DNA from: Kondoa subrosea
Taxonomy: Eukaryota
Length of the DNA: 64,000 nucleotides
Assembly: GCA_039545335.1 (NCBI GenBank)
Contig: BCIN01000003.1
Span: forward strand, 1,623,941-1,687,940
Reading direction: 5' to 3'
Shown here: in pieces, positions 56,589 through 64,000 of the stretch
Numbering within the stretch: position 1 is the stretch's first letter
How the letters are laid out: each line of letters starts with the position of its first letter
Program-made: the position numbers and the translations under genes
The notes under the pieces: model-generated
Databases searched by the model: none
What the model saw: only the letters and a program-made list of their open reading frames with translations
Told to the model about the DNA's origin: nothing

Positions 56589-56869
56589 AGGTGTTGAACT
56601 ATATGTGAGGAGCTTTCGGCATTCATAATGGTCAATCCATACACAGACCATCTTCTAAGGCTCTGCGGCCTGTATTCTCGTGCTTCTTTTCCTCATCCTC
56701 CCTTTTTCTCGACAATAGATGTTCATCGTATGGACGGTTCAAAGCTTTCATTTCTTTTTCCACAAACCACGAATAGATACTATACAACCAGCTACTAAAG
56801 CAGAATTGATACCCCTGCCTCTGACAGCAAGGCAGTGTTAGCCTCCTCTCGAAAGAAAGGGCCGACATC

Positions 56870-58658
56870 ATGCAAACTATCGAACTTGCCAGCCCCTCAA
56901 ACAGCAAAGACTTGCAGCCTGTACTCAAAGCTATAGCAGCAGCTAGACGTATAGTCTTCGTTACTGGAGCAGGCACTTCTGTACAGAGTGGAATCCCAGA
57001 TTTCAGATCTGCTTCAGGCCTCTTTGCTACCTTGAAAGAACGTAATCCTAAAGCTGGCTTGACATCAGGGAAAGATCTCTTCTCTGCTACTCTCTTTCAA
57101 GTCAGTACTTGTGCATCAAGATCTATCAAAGGGGAATGCTAATCAAAGTACTAGAATGAGGCCAACACCGCTCTGTTCTACAACATGATCGCAGAGTTAT
57201 CTCAGCTATCGAATCAAGCTCCACCTTCCGACTTTCATCATTTTATGAAGAAGCTAGACGATCAGGGGAAGCTTCATCGGGTTTATACTCAGGTCAGTGC
57301 GGAAGTGCTCTTTCAGCCTCAAGCTGACAAGATAACACGTTTCACCTGACAGAATATTGACGCGCTGGAAGAGAAGGCTGGACTGACTTACGGTCTTGGT
57401 TTGCCGGAAGAAAGTACTCCTCGAGCGAACAAGAAACGCAAATTATCCACCAGTCTCACCTCTTCACCCTCTGAACCTACTCCTTCCTGCTCTGCTTCTT
57501 CATCAAGATCAGCTACACCGCCAATCCATATCTTTCCTCCCTTTTCGCAACCCAAAACACCGACTAAGAAACGTCCAACGATTCCGAAAGCTGTCCCTCT
57601 ACATGGTCATCTACAAACCCTTACCTGCCTCAAATGTTCTCACTCCGAACCTTTCTCTTCCAATCCTTTACATCTAGAAGCCTACGCCCAAGGCAAAGGA
57701 ATCCCATGTCCTTCTTGTCTGTCAATCGAAGCAGAAAGACAAATCACTGGCGATCGATCTCGAGGTGTTGGGATAATGAAAGTCTCTGTCGTACTCTATG
57801 GAGATATTGATTTATCGCATACCGGAACTGGAAATACTGTTGGAGAGATTACGAGTAAAGATTTGATGGGTAATCCAAGACCGGATTTACTTATTGTGGC
57901 TGGTACTTCTCTCAAAGTCCCTGGAACCAAAAGATTGGTTAAAGAATTGGCTAAAGTGATTTCTGTTGGTACATCAAGTACGAAAATTAAAACTGTTTTC
58001 GTCAATTTGGATTTCCCTGTTCAAGGAATTGGGAAGGAATGGCAAGGTGTTTTTGATGTTTGGTTAAAAGGAGATGTACAACTTTTACCTGGTTTAGTGG
58101 AATCGGAGTTGGTCAAAGTAGTTGAGCAGGATAAAGTGAGGGAAGAGAGGAGAATAGCTGCGGCGAAGAAGAAGAAAGCTAGCCAGCCACCTGCACAAAT
58201 CAAAGCGAAGAAGATTATCAACAAACAATCTGCTATTTCCTTACCTGTCACCAAAGTCAAAGTGGAACCTAAGCCTAGAGTGAAACCTAGTAAGTCATAG
58301 CGCTTCTTTTGCTATATATGATCTCTGATACGCATCTCAATTAGGCTACGAAGTTGTCGAAACTCCATCATACAATTGTTTCAGAGATGAACCTCTGGTC
58401 GTGGAAGGAAAGAGGAAAAGAAAACCTTCTACTCGGTTCACTCAAGATGAATTCTCAGCCGCAATACCTCTCCCTATCATTCGCAACTTCACTCAACCAA
58501 CTTATAGTCCACCTTCGGAAGGTCAAGAAAACGCAGCTATACCGTTGCCAGCTATCACTCGACCGGCATACAATTACTCCGCCCCAGCGGCACAACAAAA
58601 GTCATTAATGAGCTTCATGTCAACGGGCAAGGGTATCAGTGGCGTCGCTAGCAAGTAG
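56870..58658 (+). CDS. NAD-dependent deacetylase, sirtuin of the Hst3/Hst4 type
   Basis: VTGAGTSVQSGIPDFRS, YTQ|NIDALE, VPLHG, CLKC...CPSC and GTSLKVPG. Confidence 0.92.
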
Positions 58659-58829
58659 AAATCCGTATTAGCTTTTGTTCTATTCAGTTTAGCATCAAGG
58701 TGTATTATTTCGCAAGTGCATTTACAAAGTCGCCTGTTTTCTAAAGGAATTATGCTGCTCATGGTTATTAAGACATTACAATTACTCTTTGATTCGTTTC
58801 CCTTCCAATACCACTAACAAAAAAGATTA

Positions 58830-60247
58830 CTACCGTGTAAAACTCCTACCAATTGATTGCCCCTCTGTAACTTTTTGTGAAAACGGAAAGGTCATGCCTT
58901 CTTCATGAGCAGTAATCGGTTCTTCTTCTTCCAACTCATCGATCGAATCCCTAATCCCATTTGCCAACCCAGATCCACCAATAGAAGATTGTCTTTTCCC
59001 TAACCTAGGTCTAGAAGGTGTATCTTTTTCTACATCTTCTGATCCACCAAATTTGTAAGTTGATCCACTTGTTTGAGCTGGTGCCATGTTGCGCATTGTA
59101 TCGTCCATACCGAAATAAAAGCACGCAACAGCCAATGATCCACCAGCGGTTACATCAATCAAGTAATCTAAGACAAGCAATCAGTTCTAATGTCTTGAAT
59201 AAATGCGAAGGAAGCAAAGAAAAACTCACGATGTGTTAAATACATTGTACTCCAATACAGTACCAAAGCGTAACACCAATAGAACACTCTTCCTTTAGGG
59301 AAGAAATGGCTCATGAACAAAGCTTCCATTGTACTTGTTCCAGCATGCAAAGAAGGGAAAGCACCAAAAGGAATAGGTGCGTTTGTGAAAGTTGAAGAAT
59401 AACCATGAGTACCGAAAAATTGATCGATTCGAGCTAAACCACCTGCTGATCCTCCCATATGGTAATTTGCTGGTGTGAGTCCATAAAGAAGTTCATACCC
59501 TGAATATCAGAATTTGTGAGTTGGAGGAAACCAGTTGGCGAGTAAGGAGAGAAGACTAACAAGGTGGACAACAAGGTAAGAAGAGTTGAATGAGGACCCC
59601 GATAATGTTCATATAGCCAAAGATCTTGCCAAAATACTTGACTGCACCGGGTCTGTCAGTCAAATCAACAAGTTACGAATCAGCACAAAGCGAAACTTCA
59701 AACTGTGATGAACTGACGGGCCAAAAATAAAGATACAGGCAGCCACTATGAAAGGTAAGGCGAAATGTAGGATTCCATAAGGCAGCCAAGCCAGAATATC
59801 CAAAGCAGGATGAGTGAATCTTGTCAACAAATCGCTAATGTTTGCACCATAAAGCACACTTTCCAATGTTGGCAAGAGTGTGACCCAAATATGAGGTCGA
59901 ATGGATATCGGGATATGACCTGCTGAGAAGAAGAGGAGTAGCCATGAAAAGATGGGTGTTGCTGGAATGACGAATTGCGAAGTGAGTGGAATGAGAACTG
60001 CTGAAGTGTAAGCGATTGTGATGAGAAGACAGAGCGCTTTGGATGGGATGTAGGTGAAGTTGGTGAGAGCCAATAAGAGCAAGAAGAGGTAATGTCCATC
60101 ATGTCGCCAGGTAAAACGATGCCTCTTGAGCCGTTGGATAGAAAGAGAAGGCGATAGAGAGAGATCCAATCGAGAGACGGAAGGTCGTAAGATATCGATG
60201 ACAGGATTAAGCCAGCGAGGGATGGACAAATTGAGAGGTGCAGCCAT
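58830..60247 (-). CDS. AUR1: Inositol phosphorylceramide synthase
   Basis: LPTLESVLYGANISD, AWLPYGILHF, PPWYE, FGAFPSLHAG and TMYLTH|HYLID. Confidence 0.95.
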
Positions 60248-60554
60248 TGCTTGGCCTTATTGAAAGTGAGAAAAGCCTTCGTGTTTCCGCAATATCATGG
60301 GTGTGCCCTTTCTCCCTGACGACGCTTGCAGTTGCTTAGCAATGAACTGAAATATACACCAGCAGGCCGAGATAATGCGAATCACGAAAAACTTCAAAGT
60401 CCTCGATCAATATCGCCTGTGGTATCTCTCAAACAGGCCTTGGTATCACTGCAAAGAGCCTGCTGAAGCTCGAAAGATATCTGGATTTTGTCAGCCAGTG
60501 AGTGTTTCGGTCGAAGCGCTGTTTCACTGTTTTGACCCAAAGCAGCCAAGAGTC

Positions 60555-61518
60555 ATGAGCAAGCAAGAGCAAGAGTGGTGGAGATACGATAAGACTGCTG
60601 CCTTCAGGTAATACTCGCTTCTCTGGCTGTACTTCGCTCTCCCTTGTGTTCCGCAGGCTGTTTGTGTCTTCGAGTAATGCGCCGAGGCTTCTTCGTCTGT
60701 CATCTGTCCCTTGATATGTCACTCTGCTTTCGTCTATCTGTATGGCCATGTATAATGGAGAACTTATGCTCCTTCTTGTGGACAGCAAACCTTCGGCATC
60801 CATTCCAAACCCTCCAAATTATACCGCACCTCTACCGCTAGCCTCTACTTCGACGAGCAGCAAAAAGAACAAAGTGAAAGCCGTTGCACCGAGTGAAGCA
60901 GATGCAGATAAAGCGGTAGCGTTGAATTCTTTGCGATCGAGAAGAGCTTGGGAATTAGCTACGGGACCTGCTAAGCAAATACCAATGCAGGTAAAGTCCG
61001 AAATCTCCCTTTGATCTATGATCATGGTGAAGACGTACGCATTTTACAGGGGTTCATGATGTGGATGTCTGGTTCGACAGCACAGATTTTCAGTATGATG
61101 ACTACTGGAATGTTGGTCAAATCATCTATACAAGGAGCATTAGGCGTGAACAAAGGTTCCGTCTATCCCCACCCACTTCTTCATCTTCTCGCTAAACGGA
61201 AATTCGAACAGCTTTCCTTCCCATAGCAGCAGCTGGACCGCCTTCAACTTCTTCTTCTTCCGCTTTAGATCCAGAAACGCCTAATGAAGAAGATGCGTTT
61301 ATTGTGCAGAAATTAGTCTACATTGGGTGTCAGATCCTATTGCTCGCTTTGGCTATCTATAAAGTCAATTCTATGGGATTGTTACCGAACCATGCAAGTG
61401 ATTGGTTAGCTTTCTTACCCGACAAGATGGTATGTCTCTCTTCCTATTTAGCTTCCACGTTGGAATCAGCTGAATCGATGAACAGCCCCTCGAGATGTCT
61501 TCTGTGTCTGTTGGGTGA
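60555..61518 (+). CDS. EMC4: ER membrane protein complex subunit 4
   Basis: [31 protein letters not shown] and [16 protein letters not shown]. Confidence 0.92.
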
Positions 61519-61682
61519 TTCTTCGTTATGCACAGGATCAATGCAGTAGCTCCCATATTATATGTAGATAGTATCTCTCCATCCATTCTCATAGCGCATG
61601 AGCGTCTGAGAGTACATTTGCCTCATTCACTTGCATTCGTAAACCTCGTCAGCGCGCTCCCTCGCTTGACCTATCTCGACCA

Positions 61683-62161
61683 ATGTCTACAAACGCAAGT
61701 ACTAGCAAAGACACACAAGTCAAGGACGCTCAGCCTGCTGCTCCTGCCTCTGCTGCATCCGCTTTGCCTCAGTTGAATGCTCTGGAGGTCCGTTTGCAAG
61801 CGTTTACTTCCTCTTATGCTGAGATCTGATGCTGCTTTACAGGACGATGATGAATTCGAAGAGTTTGCAGCTGAAGGTCAGCTTCTGCACACTTCAACTG
61901 CTGGCTCACAGCTCAGAAAGTGGTTAATTGACAGACTGGAAAGATGAGGAAACGGATATGGGTGGTCAGCAAGCTAAAGAACAACTCTGGGAAGATAATT
62001 GGGATCAAGATGACGATGATTCGACATTTGGTCAGCAATTGAGGTATGGCTCGTTCAATGTTGATACGAAATTATGAGAATACTGATGAATTTATAGAGC
62101 GGCGTTGGCTAACCCTAATGGACCTACTACTGGAGGAGCAGCACCTATGCAGACATCTTAA
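61683..62161 (+). CDS. SEM1: 26S proteasome lid subunit Sem1/Dss1 (absent from the ORF track)
   Basis: Spliced LE|DDDEFEEFAAE|DW...LWEDNWDQDDDDSTFGQQL|RAAL. Confidence 0.92.
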
Positions 62162-62471
62162 TCTGCGAGAGAAGTAGGAGTGGTGTATCTGCATTTCATT
62201 GCATAACTTGATTGAACGCATGCTTTCGACCTTCGTAAGGGTTGATATTGCTAGACTAAGACGTTCTCTCCTTTATCTGTCTCTCTCTTTCTCTGAGTAT
62301 TTCATGCGCGCGGATGAGGTCTACGCCATCTGTCTAATTTGCCTTTGTATGAGAGTTGAATGATCTTGCTCAACGAATCTTTCTGTCTATCACCAAGAAT
62401 TCGATTAGTATCACAAAGGTGCGCAGTAACATGAAAAAGGGCATGAGTATTGCCTCGATTGAATATTAATC

Positions 62472-63978
62472 TCATGCTCGATAATACTTTGCATCAACAA
62501 ACGGCATTCGAGTTACAACTCCTGCTCTGAGCTTCTTGCGTACTTCCACTCGAACCTGAGTATCTTTCTTGTGGTGACCAGTCTTGATATATCCCATTGC
62601 AATATTCTGACCAGTAGTCGGTGAAGGTATACCTGATGTGATCACGCCTGAATACTGGTCAGCTGGCTTGATCTTTCTAGATCGAGAAACGCACCAATCT
62701 CCTCTTGCCCTTCAGCATCAAAGACCTTTGCTCCTTCTCTAGCTGGACTTCCTTGCACCGTGAAGCCTACTCTCCTCTTCAACGGTCCTTTGCCCTTCTC
62801 CAATTGTTCCAACACTTTTTCAGACCCAATAAAGCTACCCTGTGTTCTCCTATCTTTGCCTATGACCCAACTCAATCCAGCTTCTACAGGTGTAGTATCT
62901 TCTGAGATATCATGACCGTAAAGACATAAACCCGCTTCGATTCTTAAAGAGTCTCTCGCAGCTAGACCAGCCAATTGGACATCCTTGTTATGCGATAGTA
63001 GTTTTTCCGCAAAGTTGATGGAAGAAGAAGCAGGTACAGCTATTTCCATCCCATCTTCTCCTGTATAACCTGATCGAGCTACATGGAGTGATTGATTATC
63101 GATGGAAAGGAAAGCGGATTGACCGAAATAGAGTTTAGATAGATCGCTTTGAGTGAATTCTTGTAGTATTGAAGCGGATTTAGGACCTTGTAATGCTAGA
63201 AGAGCGTGTTCTGAATCTACGGTAAATGTTACGGATAGTCCATGGGCTGAATTCCAGTCTGATAATTGTCGCTCGATCCAAGGTAAGTCTGCATCTCGCC
63301 TTCCAGCGTTAGTTACGAGATAGTATCTACATAATGTCAGCCTGCAGTACAAAATGAAAGACATTTAGCTCACTTATCAGCTTCTTGCCGAGTAATCATA
63401 AGATCGTCAATGATTCCACCGTGTTCATTCAATAACACGCTGAGGGTGGAAGAGAATTGATTGTCAGAGTATTGAAGACCGGAGACAGAAGAAGGTGTAA
63501 GCCAAGCGAGGAAATCCGTAGCTCCTTTGCCCTCAATTCTTGAAATAGCAGAACGAATTAGAATATCAAAAGGTCATAGCACTAAGTGAGCCTACCGACT
63601 TTGCACCATATGAGAAACATCAAATATAGATGCAGAGGTTCTCGTATGCTTATGCTCTTCAGCTGGTCGACCCAATTCCTATCAGCGTTTTGTTTTCGCA
63701 CATGCTGAAGACTCGCATACCTCCGCCTGATTGATAGTACAATGGCATCTCGTAACCTGCAAAGGGAGCGAACTAAGGCAAGCCGCAGAGCACTTCAGAC
63801 GAGTGGAACAAGAGTTGCTGATAGAGCGGCTCTAGCACACCTTGGCTCCTTGAGCTGCATGAAGCCTGTACAGCGGAGTCCGCGACAGGGAAGCAGAAGC
63901 ATAGTTTCGATATAGCAAGCTTGGAGACGAAGCGCGACCGAATGCGATATTGGCGCGGCAGCGCTGGAGAGATAGCAT
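62472..63978 (-). CDS. GCV1: Glycine cleavage system T protein (aminomethyltransferase), mitochondrial
   Basis: Arg/Ser-rich presequence; RTPLY, FAGYEMPLYY, FDVSHM, GGIIDD, RSGYTGEDG and GLAARDSLRIEAGLCLYG. Confidence 0.95.
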
Positions 63979-64000
63979 CTTGTTCGCTATGGATCACCTC

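Overview
Compact, intron-rich eukaryotic DNA: short introns of about 50 nt with CTRAC-type branch points and many micro-exons. Gene content and architecture suggest a basidiomycete fungus, possibly a Pucciniomycotina yeast; this is inferred, not proven. About 29 protein-coding genes were reconstructed by eye across introns. Most are housekeeping: fimbrin, CCDC130/Saf4, an aldo-keto reductase, Prp17, an S8 subtilase, Mpv17, muskelin, a PXB/DUF3818 protein, a divergent histone H3-H4 pair, a SET protein, Cdc26, Bcs1, a HAM1-like protein, a Ktr mannosyltransferase, Sog2, a RhoGEF, a group III histidine kinase, Bcd1, an SPX-RING ligase, an Hst3/4 sirtuin, Aur1, Emc4, Sem1 and Gcv1. The standout is 9.6-16.2 kb. 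There, a small secreted repeat-peptide precursor carries one roughly 31-aa unit per phase-0 exon (core QFGGGDGGxxATATANGARPWRAW, flanked by xxER and KKD), with a 100-N assembly gap inside the array. It lies between a secreted subtilase whose oxyanion-hole Asn appears replaced by Asp and a homeodomain gene with a POU-like Cys50. No rRNA, tRNA, CRISPR array or transposon was recognised. CDS coordinates are start-to-stop spans including introns, and exon boundaries are manual estimates.
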